Assembly: GCA_038245295.1 (NCBI GenBank)
Contig: JBBRSP010000005.1
Coordinates: forward strand, 96,001-160,000
Source: Candidatus Binatia bacterium
GTDB lineage: Bacteria; Desulfobacterota; Binatia; HRBIN30
Length of the DNA: 64,000 nucleotides
Direction of reading: 5' to 3'
Made by a program: the position numbers and the translations under genes. Below the pieces are notes generated by a model that had not been told where the DNA came from, ran no database searches, and saw nothing but the letters and a program-made list of their open reading frames with translations. Every line of letters starts with the position of its first letter. The first letter of the stretch is position 1. Shown here in pieces: positions 39,902-50,057 of this stretch.

Positions 39902-40739
39902 ACGTCGAGTGGCCGTCGCTGACCGCCTGGACCGCGCCCTGGCGGCGGCCGACCCGGAACTGTCGCGTGGCGAGGCGCGACGCCTGATCGCTGCCGGCGC
40001 CGTATTCTTGAACGGCACGCGATGTCGCATCGCCTCGAAGCTGGCACGCGCCGGCGATCGACTGCGAGTCAGCGACGAAGCCACCGTCGCCTCGACTCAT
40101 CCGCCAGACAAGCCACCCTTGCCGATCGTGTTCGAGGACAACGTGTTGGTGGCAATCGACAAGCCGGCAAACATGCCCGCTGTGCCGACGCGGCAGGGCA
40201 CCGTTGGTTGCGCCTTGGATCTATTGCATCAGCAGTTGCACGAACGGGACGGCCGGCGCCAGCAGTTGTGGGTCGTACATCGCATCGACGCCGCCACCTC
40301 TGGCGTGTTGGTGTTCACCAAGACGAAAGCGGCGGCGGCGCGCCTGTCAAAGCTTTTCGCCGAGCAGGACGTCGAGAAGCACTACCGCGCCGAGGTCGCC
40401 GGGGACTTGAAGGGCGACAGCGGTGTCATCGAGCTGCGTCTGAACGATCGCGGCAGGCAGGCGGTCGTCGATGAGCAAAGCGGCAAAGCGGCGCGCACCG
40501 AGTGGGCGGTCGTTGAACGTAAGAGCGGCTCCACCGTGGTCGATGTGCACCCTCGCACCGGACGAATGCACCAGATCCGCGTCCATTTCGCCGCCATCGG
40601 GCATCCAGTGATCGGTGACCGGCTTTACGGCGGGCCGTCGGCATCCCGTTTGATGTTGCACGCACAGAGCCTGTCGTTCCGGCATCCGCTGAGCGGCAGG
40701 CTGATCATCTTGGGCCAGTCGAGTAACCCCCAAGCCTGA
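39891..40739 (+). CDS. RluA/RluD family pseudouridine synthase with S4 domain
   Basis: DKPA, VHRIDAATSG, TGRMHQIRVH, GD.LYG, LHA. Confidence 0.93.
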   Translation: MNRERRVAVADRLDRALAAADPELSRGEARRLIAAGAVFLNGTRCRIASKLARAGDRLRVSDEATVASTHPPDKPPLPIVFEDNVLVAIDKPANMPAVPTRQGTVGCALDLLHQQLHERDGRRQQLWVVHRIDAATSGVLVFTKTKAAAARLSKLFAEQDVEKHYRAEVAGDLKGDSGVIELRLNDRGRQAVVDEQSGKAARTEWAVVERKSGSTVVDVHPRTGRMHQIRVHFAAIGHPVIGDRLYGGPSASRLMLHAQSLSFRHPLSGRLIILGQSSNPQA

Positions 40740-40797
40740 GGCTAAGCCGCCCCGCGAGCCTCGCCTCGCGCCGACAGAGCCGCAGCGCACTCCTTGC

Positions 40798-42654
40798 CTA
40801 TCGCTTCGACTGCTTCAGATCCCGCACCGCGCCGCGCGCCGCGCTGGTGGTGAGCATCGCGTAGGCTTGCAACGCTTGCGACACCACACGTGTGCGTTTC
40901 ACCGGCTGCCAGGCGTGCGCACCGCGTTCGAGCATGGCGACCCGGCGCTTCTTGAGCTCGGCGGCTTCGACAACCAGGTCAACCTTACGGTTCGGGATGT
41001 CGATGCGGATGACATCACCCTCCTCGACCAGCGCAATGTTGCCACCTTCCGCCGCCTCGGGCGAAACGTGGCCGATGCTGAGCCCTGACGTGCCACCGCT
41101 GAAGCGGCCATCGGTGATGAGAGCGCAAGCTTTCCCGAGGTGTTTCGATTTGATGTAGGAGGTCGGGTACAACATCTCCTGCATCCCCGGACCGCCTTTC
41201 GGCCCTTCGTAGCGAATCAAGACGACATCGCCGGCTTTGATCTTGTCGTTGAGAATCGCGTTGCAAGCATCTTCCTGTGACTCGAAGATGCGCGCCGGTC
41301 CTTCGAACTTCCAGATTTCCTTGTCGACGCCGGCGGTCTTCACGATGCATCCGTCTTCCGCCAGGTTGCCGTACAGAACCGCCAGGCCGCCCTCCTTCGA
41401 ATAGGCATGCTCGACATCGCGAATGCAGCCGCCCTCGACATCGCTGTCGATGTCGGGAAAGTATTTCTCCTGCGAGAAGGCGACAGTTGTGCGCACGCCG
41501 CCAGGCGCCGCCAGCGAGCGTGCGCGAGCCGCGGGGTCGGCGCTCGCGCGCCGCACGTCGTTGGCGTCGATCGCTGCACCCATGGTCGGCGCGTGGACCG
41601 TCGGCACGTCGCGATGCATCAGGCCGGCTTTATCGAGCTCACCCAGGATGGTGAAGATGCCGCCGGCGCGATGCACGTCTTCGACGTGGTAATGCGACGA
41701 GGGCGCTACTTTGCAGATGTTCGGTGCAACTCGCGATAGGCGGTCGATGTCACGCATCGTGAAGTCGACCCCCGCCTCATGAGCGATCGCCAGGATGTGC
41801 AGAACGGTATTCGTCGAACCACCCATGGCGATATCGAGCATCATGGCATTTTCGAACGCGTCCTTCGTCGCAATGGCACGCGGCAGAACGCTCTGATCGT
41901 TGTCGACGTAGAAACGTTTGGCCAGGTGCACGACACGCTTGGCGGCATTCTCGAAGAGCTGCCAACGCGCCGCATGGGTCGCGACAATGGTTCCATTCCC
42001 GGGCAGCGCCAGGCCGAGCGCCTCGTTGAGACAGTTCATGCTGTTGGCGGTGAACATGCCCGAACACGAGCCGCAGGTCGGACAAGCCGAACGCTCCATC
42101 TCGTCGAGATCGGCATCGCTGACGCTGTCGTCTCCGGCCGCGATCATCGGGTCGATCAAATCGAGGGGCCGCCCGGCCGCGTCGACTGTTCCCTTCGTCG
42201 TACCGGCCTCCATCGGGCCGCCAGACACGAAGACGGTCGGGATATTCAGACGCATCGCCGCCATGAGCATACCGGGCGTGATCTTGTCGCAGTTGGAAAT
42301 ACAAACCAGCGCGTCGGCGACGTGAGCCTGAACCATGTACTCGACGCTGTCGGCGATGAGATCGCGGCTCGGCAGAGAATACAACATGCCGCCGTGGCCC
42401 ATGGCGATGCCGTCGTCGACGGCGATCGTGTTGAACTCCACACCCCAACCGCCGTTGGCATCGATCACCTGTTTGACGCGTTGCCCGAGGTCCTGCAGGT
42501 GCACGTGTCCCGGCACGAACTGGGTGAAGCTATTGGAGATGGCAATGATCGGCTTGTGAAAGTCAGCGTCTTGCATGCCGGTGGCACGCCACAGGGCGCG
42601 CGCGCCGGCCATGTTGCGACCTTGCGTCGTGATACGACTGCGGTACGGGTTCAT
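40798..42654 (-). CDS. ilvD: Dihydroxy-acid dehydratase
   Basis: [61 protein letters not shown]. Confidence 0.98.
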   Translation of the reverse strand: MNPYRSRITTQGRNMAGARALWRATGMQDADFHKPIIAISNSFTQFVPGHVHLQDLGQRVKQVIDANGGWGVEFNTIAVDDGIAMGHGGMLYSLPSRDLIADSVEYMVQAHVADALVCISNCDKITPGMLMAAMRLNIPTVFVSGGPMEAGTTKGTVDAAGRPLDLIDPMIAAGDDSVSDADLDEMERSACPTCGSCSGMFTANSMNCLNEALGLALPGNGTIVATHAARWQLFENAAKRVVHLAKRFYVDNDQSVLPRAIATKDAFENAMMLDIAMGGSTNTVLHILAIAHEAGVDFTMRDIDRLSRVAPNICKVAPSSHYHVEDVHRAGGIFTILGELDKAGLMHRDVPTVHAPTMGAAIDANDVRRASADPAARARSLAAPGGVRTTVAFSQEKYFPDIDSDVEGGCIRDVEHAYSKEGGLAVLYGNLAEDGCIVKTAGVDKEIWKFEGPARIFESQEDACNAILNDKIKAGDVVLIRYEGPKGGPGMQEMLYPTSYIKSKHLGKACALITDGRFSGGTSGLSIGHVSPEAAEGGNIALVEEGDVIRIDIPNRKVDLVVEAAELKKRRVAMLERGAHAWQPVKRTRVVSQALQAYAMLTTSAARGAVRDLKQSKR

Positions 42655-42756
42655 GCGTCGAGTGTAGTAGTCACAGGTGGTCGGTTACAAGCTGGAACCG
42701 ACGACAAACCGCGAGGAAACTGATCTCGGAGCGCCCTACCGCTACCGGTGGCGTAT

Positions 42757-44568
42757 CTATGATGGACAGTTCGCCAAGGCGAAGTTTACGGCGGCGACGA
42801 TCTCATCGATCGTCACGTTGCCGTCATGATTACGATCGGCAGCGCCGCATACCGTGAGATCCTGCGAGCCGAGCGCAATGTTCACCGCGCGGATGACCTC
42901 GTCGATGCTGACGGCACCATTGGCGTTGCAGTCGCCAGCACATCCCACCGGGCTGGGGGATGAGGTCGCCGTCGCCGTACGCGTCGGGGTACGAGTGCGT
43001 GTTGGCGTCGCGGTGGAGGTCGGTGTCGGAGTGAGAACACGGCCAAAGACAAGGCTCCCAACGGTTCCGACCAGGCAATCGGTTCCAGCAACGTAGGATC
43101 CCTCGAGACGGTCGCCGCGCACGGTGAGCCGGAAGCTCAAGCCGGTCGCGCCGGAGTGGGCATCACCGACCAGCGATCGATCATTGTCGACAAAGCCGTT
43201 GACCGCCGCGTGCGTCACGCAAAGGGAATGAGCGATGGTCAACTCACCGGTGAACGAAGCAAGGTCGGCGCTCTGATCGACATGGAAGAAGGCGTCTTCG
43301 GAAATGCCATTGTCGGCGATCATCCTGCCCGCATAGTCACCGCCGACCTGAATCGTTGTCGCGGGCTCGTCCGGCACAACGCCTTCCTGCACCAAGAAGG
43401 AAAGATCTTCCTGACGGCCGGCCAACGCGGCCTGGTCGAGGAGAGTGCAGTTGCCAACCCGATCGCAGATTTGCACACGACAGATCGCCCACTCGCCGGG
43501 GGGCGCATTGAAACGACCAAGTGCCAGCGACAACACCCCTTGCGCCTCGGCGTTGGAATCCTCCAGGGCGAGCACGCAACCGCTGCCGGGAACATCGAGA
43601 GTGAGGCTAACACTGGCTACCCCACTGCCTTGATCAGAGGCCCGGTATGCCAGCGCAACCGTGTGCGGCCCGGTTACCAGAGACAGGCTGGTTGGGTCGA
43701 CCGAGAGACTCAGCAAAGCCGGCGCCGTTGTGTCGGGCTCTGCCGTCACTTGAAATGGGAGCGCGAATCCCGCTGCGGCAAGGGCGTCATGGTTGTAGGA
43801 TTGGCAATTGAAGACGGAGTCGCAGACATCGACATGGCACACCGACCAGGCGCCGGGAACTGTCGCGAACCGATCAAACGGGAACTCGACGGCGCCGCTA
43901 CGCTCTTGGACCGGGGCAAACGAATCCGAACCGAGTTGATCGCAGCCACCGCCGGGCGGCTGCAGCGTCACGAAGACACTCGCGACACCGCTGCGCGCGT
44001 CGCGCGCCTGGTACTGCACGGCCAAGGTCATGTTGCCGGTGCTCAGATCGATGCTGTTCGTACTGAGGCTCAAGCCCACGAGGGTCGGCGCGACTGTGTC
44101 GGGCGTGGCAAGAATGCGCACGGAAGGGGCGAGGCCCAGAGCGCTGAGAACGGCGGACTCGATGGTACGACAGTTGTGCTGGGCATCGCAAAGACCCACC
44201 TGGCACACCTGCCAAACTCCAGGCGCGGTGCCGTAGCGTCCGAACGTGACTGCCACAGAGTCCTCGTGCAGGCGCGACGCCGCGAAAGATTGGCTCGCCG
44301 AGGTCAGGCATTCCCCGCCGGGCGTCGCGAGTCGGACGCTGAACGTCGTGGCACCGCTGTCGTCGTCGCTGACGGTGTAATGGATGCTCAGTGCACCGTC
44401 GGTCTCACGCAGATCCAATTCATCCGGCGTAATCGACAACGCCATGAGTTGCGGCGGCGTGTCGTCGGCTCGGGCCAGCGCCGCCGCGGCGCCGAGAGCG
44501 GCGACAACGACTAGGAGTCGGACGGACGCACGGAGCGAAAAGAAGCACGCAGCCACGCGGCGAGACAA
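42757..44568 (-). CDS. Secreted protein with three Cys-containing Ig-like repeats, Thr/Pro linker and C-terminal dockerin/EF-hand-like module
   Basis: Signal peptide; three repeats DT..P.L..LS...W.(V/I)C.V..CD...NC; TPTPT linker; CAGDCNANGAVSIDE...ADRNHDGNVTIDE. Confidence 0.8.
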   Translation of the reverse strand: MSRRVAACFFSLRASVRLLVVVAALGAAAALARADDTPPQLMALSITPDELDLRETDGALSIHYTVSDDDSGATTFSVRLATPGGECLTSASQSFAASRLHEDSVAVTFGRYGTAPGVWQVCQVGLCDAQHNCRTIESAVLSALGLAPSVRILATPDTVAPTLVGLSLSTNSIDLSTGNMTLAVQYQARDARSGVASVFVTLQPPGGGCDQLGSDSFAPVQERSGAVEFPFDRFATVPGAWSVCHVDVCDSVFNCQSYNHDALAAAGFALPFQVTAEPDTTAPALLSLSVDPTSLSLVTGPHTVALAYRASDQGSGVASVSLTLDVPGSGCVLALEDSNAEAQGVLSLALGRFNAPPGEWAICRVQICDRVGNCTLLDQAALAGRQEDLSFLVQEGVVPDEPATTIQVGGDYAGRMIADNGISEDAFFHVDQSADLASFTGELTIAHSLCVTHAAVNGFVDNDRSLVGDAHSGATGLSFRLTVRGDRLEGSYVAGTDCLVGTVGSLVFGRVLTPTPTSTATPTRTRTPTRTATATSSPSPVGCAGDCNANGAVSIDEVIRAVNIALGSQDLTVCGAADRNHDGNVTIDEIVAAVNFALANCPS

Positions 44569-44602
44569 ACACCGGAATGTCGAGGGCGCAAGCGGCGCCG
44601 CT

Positions 44603-44821
44603 TCAGGAGCGAGCCTTCTGCTTCTCTAACCAGGCAGCCCGGCAGCCACGGTTGCGGCAGAACCAGTGGCCATCATCGACGAAAGCGGTCGGGCATTGAT
44701 GGGTTCCATTGGCGAGGCGAACGACCGGATGCCGTTCATCACAATGGCCGCAAATGACGTAACGGCCGCCGCCTTGCGGTTTCGCGGTACGTCGCGAATC
44801 GAGCTCAATCACCTGACCCAT
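44603..44821 (-). CDS. Small Cys/His-rich protein (possible zinc finger)
   Basis: MGQVIELDSRR, CGHC...H...C...C.NRGC. Confidence 0.6.
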   Translation of the reverse strand: MGQVIELDSRRTAKPQGGGRYVICGHCDERHPVVRLANGTHQCPTAFVDDGHWFCRNRGCRAAWLEKQKARS

Positions 44822-45037
44822 GAGTGCGGCTCTCTACGGGAATTCCCCCGTCAAAGTCAAAGGGCCGGACAACCTTTCCTTCGGCGTTAGCAGGGCAGCC
44901 TCCAACATTGCTGGAGTCATTCCGCCAAAAAGGGGCACGCGTAACGGGACCGACACAGTCAGTGGCTGCGCCGACTGCGCTCGGTCCCGCTACTTCGCAT
45001 CGAGAGGAACGCTTCCGTCCGATCTCGACAGGCGCAA

Positions 45038-45247
45038 CTACGCCGCGACCGGGAGATGCCGATCAACGGCGTTAGGGGGACACGCGATGACGGGGTCAAC
45101 CGTACCGGGCCGCTCGCGCTCCAACCAAAATCCCAAAGTACAGAGCGCAAGCGCCACCGAGGCGAGGGCCATGATGAGGTTCCCACCGCCGAAGATGATG
45201 GGCACCGCAGGAACCACGGCGGCCCATAGCATTGAGAACGCTGGCAT
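45038..45247 (-). CDS. Small membrane protein
   Basis: 69 aa with two hydrophobic segments; RBS aaaggag upstream. Confidence 0.5.
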   Translation of the reverse strand: MPAFSMLWAAVVPAVPIIFGGGNLIMALASVALALCTLGFWLERERPGTVDPVIACPPNAVDRHLPVAA

Positions 45248-45401
45248 AGGGTGATGACTCCTTTCGATGTGGATCCTAGGACTCTTGGCCGACGAGTCTA
45301 TAGTTTATGAACATGAAATTGCATTCGGAATCCGACCTAGGCAACTAATCGGCGCGAGGAATCAGCTTGCCGGTCGCCGCCGAGTAGGCAACAGTGGTGA
45401 T

Positions 45402-45827
45402 ATGCACCTGCCGAAGTTCATGCGACGCGTAAACCGCGTGGTCACCAACCCGATCCTTGGGTCGGTCGCCTGGATCCTGCCGCCCTTGGCAATCGTGCAC
45501 CATGTCGGCCGCAAAACCGGCAAGCGCTACCGCACCCCGGTAGTCGCATTCGCCACCGCCAGCGGGTTCGTGATTCCGATGACGTACGGCCGCGATGTCG
45601 ACTGGGGGCGCAATCTGGTCCACGCCGGCGGCGGCGAGATTGTCCAGATCGGTCAGCGTCACGTATTACGTCGCCCGCGTATGGTTGACCGCGACACAGC
45701 GTATCCGCACCTGCCCATTGGCATCCGCTCGGCGCTGTGGAAGGCCAACCTCCCCGGTTACGTGCTGCTCGATACGGTCGCGACGCCGATTCGCTCCGCC
45801 GCCAGCAAACGCAAGCGGCCAGAATGA
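45402..45827 (+). CDS. Deazaflavin (F420)-dependent nitroreductase-family protein
   Basis: NRVVTNP, HVGRKTGKRYRTPV, TYG..VDW.RN...GG. Confidence 0.85.
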   Translation: MHLPKFMRRVNRVVTNPILGSVAWILPPLAIVHHVGRKTGKRYRTPVVAFATASGFVIPMTYGRDVDWGRNLVHAGGGEIVQIGQRHVLRRPRMVDRDTAYPHLPIGIRSALWKANLPGYVLLDTVATPIRSAASKRKRPE

Positions 45828-45851
45828 TCGGAATCTTTTGGCGCTGCGAAG

Positions 45852-47408
45852 CTACGGAACACGAAGCGCCGTCCGTCGCTCAATGATCGATGCATTCACA
45901 GCCGCCATTGTCTCTGCGAGCGGTTGATTCAACTCGTCATTGATATCGACAATCCCAATGATCTGGTTCTCGCCATCGCTGCGCCCCTCGACGGGTTGAT
46001 CCGGCCATTGAAACCAATGTTCCCCCACGACGGACGGTAATCCGAGAATCCCTTCCATGTATCCCCGATATGCCTCAGCTTGCGCCGTCGCATCTGGCAC
46101 TTCAGGCAAGATTCCGTGCGGGGGGAAGGTCGTCACTCCGACGCGAGCCCGCCGATAGAACCACTCGGTGATCAAGACCGGCTTGTCGGTGATCTCTGTC
46201 AGCTGCTGCAGACGTTCGAAGGGGTCGAAGGATAACAACCCGAGCGCCGCCAGTTTCTGACGCTGCACCGGGCTCAGTGCCGCGCCGATCAACCCGGAAA
46301 CGTCGTAGTTGTTGACCGACATCACATCGACCGGCCCGGCAAGAGCCCGCAACACGGCGGGTGCGGCCGGCCCGACCACCAGACGCGGGCCGAGGTTCAA
46401 CATCGCCGCGTTGAGGCCCCGCAGCACCGAGTTGGCCAACTGGGCTATGGTGCCTGCGACGTGCGCCTCAAACGCCAGACGATCCTCCAACCGTGCCGGC
46501 GGCTCGTCGAAGTAACAAAGGTCATCATCGTAACCGAGCGTCAGTGGGCAGGTTCCGAGCCCGCGTAGTTGCTGCATATCGGCGAACGATGCGAGTTGCG
46601 TATCCCAGGTGACGTTGAAGGTCTCGACGTTGCCGGCATAACGCTGCGCGAAGAACTCCTGCACGGCGACCTTGCCGGGCGCACCCGCCATGAGGCCGAG
46701 GTAGGAATCCAGGTGACCGCCGCCGTTGATGAGAGACGGCAGATACGGAACTTCGTTCTCGACATAGGCACCAATGCACCACGCGTCCCTGGCGCAGCGC
46801 TGCAAAAGTCCGCCTTCCGCGGCGATGCCCTGCGCCAACTCGCCGGCATGCGGATCGAAGACGTCATGGAACGGCTTGAACCCGGCACCACCGCGGATGC
46901 GTGGCATCACTTGATAGAAGTCGACGTTGACGGCATAAGGAACACGATTGAAGCGATCGTAATCGGCGGCGCCCATCCAGCCGCCCAAACTGCGGATCCC
47001 AAGCATGCACAGACGGCGCTGGGTATTCGTCGCCCACGCCTCGATCGAGCCATTCTTAGCGAGCAGCCCATCTCGATATGGTGCTCGGCTGGTGTTGCCC
47101 ACGGTGTCGCCGATGGGATCGATGCCGGTGGGGCCGTTGGAGAACAGGGCATGACCATCCGGCGTGATGAACCACCACACCCCATCGACTCGTTCGACGC
47201 GGAAACGCCCGCTCGCGGCACGTTCGATGCCTTTCCAGCCGCCATATTGGTCGAAACCAAAGCCGCGAACCGGTGCCGAGTTGCAGACATCCTCGGAGGT
47301 GGCGCTGGCGCCTGCGGTGGGCAGCACGTCATCGCCTTCCGAACAGGCCGAGACGAACACGGTCGCGACGAGCGCGAGGAGATAGTGGGCGATTCGGATT
47401 TGTTGCAC
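45852..47408 (-). CDS. Glycoside hydrolase, GH50/beta-agarase-like (clan A), lipoprotein
   Basis: Lipobox-like FVSAC; DQYGGW, G.FRVE..DG.WWFITPDGH, ENE, ITEW, VVGEHWFQW.DQP..GR.DGEN. Confidence 0.75.
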   Translation of the reverse strand: MQQIRIAHYLLALVATVFVSACSEGDDVLPTAGASATSEDVCNSAPVRGFGFDQYGGWKGIERAASGRFRVERVDGVWWFITPDGHALFSNGPTGIDPIGDTVGNTSRAPYRDGLLAKNGSIEAWATNTQRRLCMLGIRSLGGWMGAADYDRFNRVPYAVNVDFYQVMPRIRGGAGFKPFHDVFDPHAGELAQGIAAEGGLLQRCARDAWCIGAYVENEVPYLPSLINGGGHLDSYLGLMAGAPGKVAVQEFFAQRYAGNVETFNVTWDTQLASFADMQQLRGLGTCPLTLGYDDDLCYFDEPPARLEDRLAFEAHVAGTIAQLANSVLRGLNAAMLNLGPRLVVGPAAPAVLRALAGPVDVMSVNNYDVSGLIGAALSPVQRQKLAALGLLSFDPFERLQQLTEITDKPVLITEWFYRRARVGVTTFPPHGILPEVPDATAQAEAYRGYMEGILGLPSVVGEHWFQWPDQPVEGRSDGENQIIGIVDINDELNQPLAETMAAVNASIIERRTALRVP

Positions 47409-47535
47409 GTGTGGCCACTATGTCGCGGTGGTCGCGCTGTCAATTTGCGATCGTGAAAGCGAGGCCGGGGCTTGCAACCAACCTCCTTCGAGCTGAGACT
47501 ACGATCCGCGCTCGGATCGGCCAAAGGAGGAATCG

Positions 47536-47880
47536 ATGGCACTTGTAAACTCGCGTCTCGTCACCACGGCATTCGAACTGCCGGGATATCGCATCACGAC
47601 CAACATGGGCCTCGTGCGCGGCATCGTCGTGCGCTCGCGTAGCATCGTCGGCAACTTCGGCGCCGCGATTCAGACGTTCTTCGGCGGCAACATCACGATC
47701 TACACACGACTGTGCGAACAGGCCCGCGCCGACGCCTACAACTTGATGATGGAACACGCGGCGGCAATGGGTGCCAATGCCGTCATCGGCGTGCGCTACG
47801 ACGCCAATGAAGTAACGGCCGGGGTCACCGAAGTGCTGGCCTACGGCACCGCTGTCGTTGCCGAGCCGGCGAACATTTGA
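47536..47880 (+). CDS. YbjQ/UPF0145 family protein
   Basis: GLVRGIVVRSR, GG.I..Y, GANAVIGVRYD, AYGTAV; RBS aggagg. Confidence 0.92.
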   Translation: MALVNSRLVTTAFELPGYRITTNMGLVRGIVVRSRSIVGNFGAAIQTFFGGNITIYTRLCEQARADAYNLMMEHAAAMGANAVIGVRYDANEVTAGVTEVLAYGTAVVAEPANI

Positions 47881-48159
47881 ACCAGCCACGCCATCACCGC
47901 AAGAGAAGCTGCTCGAGGACATCTCGCTCCGCACGCCGATCCCGCCGCTGACGACCGAAAACATGTTCACCGACAAGCCACGGCGCGGCGTCATGCAGAT
48001 CTGAGCTGGTTCACCGCTCGACGCACCACCGGGGCGCGCCACTCCGTGGCGCCTGGTCACTGCCATGGCCGCTTCCGATCCAGCGCTCGGCTTCGCGTGG
48101 CGACGCGCTCCGAAAGACGCTGACATTCGCCACGCAGAACCGCTAAGAGCAGCGGCCGC

Positions 48160-49962
48160 ATGTCGTTGCTTTTGAGTGTTCAATCCATTCGCAAGATTTT
48201 TGGCGCCGTACCGCTGTTCGAGGATCTCTCCTTCGGGCTGCATGAGGACGATCGGGTCGGGCTCGTCGGACCCAACGGTAGCGGCAAGTCGACGCTGTTG
48301 AAGATCTTGGCCGGGCTGGACACTCCCGATGGCGGCACACGCGCCCTGCGCAAAGGGCTGCGTCTCGGATACGTGCCGCAAGACATGGAGTTTCCCGAGG
48401 ACCGCAGCGTCGAGCAGATCGTCGACGATGCCCTCGAGGCGGAGCACCTCGACTCTGACGACCGGCACACGCGCGTCGGGCTGACCATCGGTAAGATTGG
48501 CTTTGCCGACCCCCACCAACTTGCCGGCAAGCTCTCGGGCGGCTGGCAGAAGCGGTTGGCGATTGCCTGTGCGCTGGTGCGCAATCCCGATCTGCTGTTG
48601 ATGGACGAGCCAACAAACCACCTCGACGTCGAAGGAATCCTCTGGCTCGAGAAGCTATTGCAAGGCGAGGCCCTCGCCTTTCTCGTCGTCAGCCACGATC
48701 GCTACTTCCTCGAGAACGTCACCAATCGCATCATCGAGCTCAATCGCTGTTACGCGAGCGGTGTCTTCGACACACGCGGCAACTACAGCGCCTTCCTCGA
48801 AAAGAAGGACGAGGCGCTGCGTTCGCAAGAAAGCTATCAGCAGACACTCGCCAATCGTGTGCGCAACGAAGTCGAGTGGCTCAAGCGCGGACCCAAGGCG
48901 CGCACGCGCAAGTCGAGCGCGCGCATCAACGAAGCCGTGGCACTGCAAGAGGAACTTGTCGCCGTAAAGGGGCGCACCGCCACGCGCGCGGTGCAGGTCG
49001 AGTTCAACGCCTCCGATCGCAAGACCAAGCGGCTGATGATCGCCGAACATGTCGCCAAACGCTTCGGCGATCGCATTCTCGTCAAGGACCTCAACCTGAC
49101 TCTCGCCGCCGGTATGCGTCTCGGTATTCTCGGCCCGAACGGCAGCGGCAAGACAACACTGCTGCGTATGCTCGCCGGCCTCGAACCCGCAGATCGCGGA
49201 CTGGTTAAACGCGCCGACGGCTTGCGTCTGGTCTACCTCGATCAGCATCGCGAACAGATCGACCCGGCGGTCACCCTGCGCCGCGCCTTGGCGCCGGACG
49301 GCGATCAGGTTGTCTATCGTGACCGACCGATTCACGTCGCCGGCTGGGCACGTCGGTTCCTGTTTCCCGCCGAACAACTCGAGATGCCGCTCGGCCGTCT
49401 CTCCGGCGGCGAACGGGCTCGCGTCTCCATCGCCCGCCTGATGCTGCAGCCGGCCGACGTGTTGATGCTCGACGAGCCGACCAACGATCTCGATATCCCC
49501 ACCCTCGAGGTGCTGGAGGAGAGCCTGCTCGAATTCTCCGGCGCCGTCGTGCTCGTGACCCACGATCGCTACCTCTTCGACCGCGTCTCGACGACCGTGC
49601 TCGCGCTCGACGGCAAGGGTGGCTCCGAAGCCTTCGCCGACTACCAGCAGTGGGAAGAAGCGCAACGCACGCAGGAGCGGGCCGCTACCAAAGCAATCAA
49701 GGTCGCCGCCAAGGCCGCCGCCGAGACCACCAAGCGCCTCACCTACAAGGAGAAGCGCGAGTGGGAGCAGATGGAAGCAAGCATCTTGGCCGCCGAGGGT
49801 GCCCGGGAAAACTGCCAGACGGCAGCGCACGATCCGGCGGTTGCCGCGGATGCGGCGGTGCTGCACGAACGCTTCACCGCACTTCAGAAGGCCCAGGAGG
49901 AAGTGGATCGCCTGTACGCTCGCTGGGCAGAGCTCGAAGAGAAGTTGAGAGTCGACGGTTGA
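48160..49962 (+). CDS. uup: ABC-F family ATPase (Uup-like)
   Basis: Two ABC domains (GPNGSGKS/T, LSGG, DEPTN), no TM segments, C-terminal coiled coil ending LYARWAELE. Confidence 0.88.
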   Translation: MSLLLSVQSIRKIFGAVPLFEDLSFGLHEDDRVGLVGPNGSGKSTLLKILAGLDTPDGGTRALRKGLRLGYVPQDMEFPEDRSVEQIVDDALEAEHLDSDDRHTRVGLTIGKIGFADPHQLAGKLSGGWQKRLAIACALVRNPDLLLMDEPTNHLDVEGILWLEKLLQGEALAFLVVSHDRYFLENVTNRIIELNRCYASGVFDTRGNYSAFLEKKDEALRSQESYQQTLANRVRNEVEWLKRGPKARTRKSSARINEAVALQEELVAVKGRTATRAVQVEFNASDRKTKRLMIAEHVAKRFGDRILVKDLNLTLAAGMRLGILGPNGSGKTTLLRMLAGLEPADRGLVKRADGLRLVYLDQHREQIDPAVTLRRALAPDGDQVVYRDRPIHVAGWARRFLFPAEQLEMPLGRLSGGERARVSIARLMLQPADVLMLDEPTNDLDIPTLEVLEESLLEFSGAVVLVTHDRYLFDRVSTTVLALDGKGGSEAFADYQQWEEAQRTQERAATKAIKVAAKAAAETTKRLTYKEKREWEQMEASILAAEGARENCQTAAHDPAVAADAAVLHERFTALQKAQEEVDRLYARWAELEEKLRVDG

Positions 49963-50033
49963 GAGTTGAGAGAAGACAAGGCAGGTTGAACAGATCAGAT
50001 TCTCGACCCTTAACTCTCGACTCTCAACTCTGA
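49944..50033. repeat. Inverted heptamer tracts (GTTGAGA/GTCGACG ... CTCTCAA) overlapping the uup stop
   Basis: gttgaga gtcgacg gttgaga gttgaga ... ttctcga cccttaa ctctcga ctctcaa. Confidence 0.75.
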
Positions 50034-50057
50034 CCCCTAGCAACTCGGCGGAGCCAT

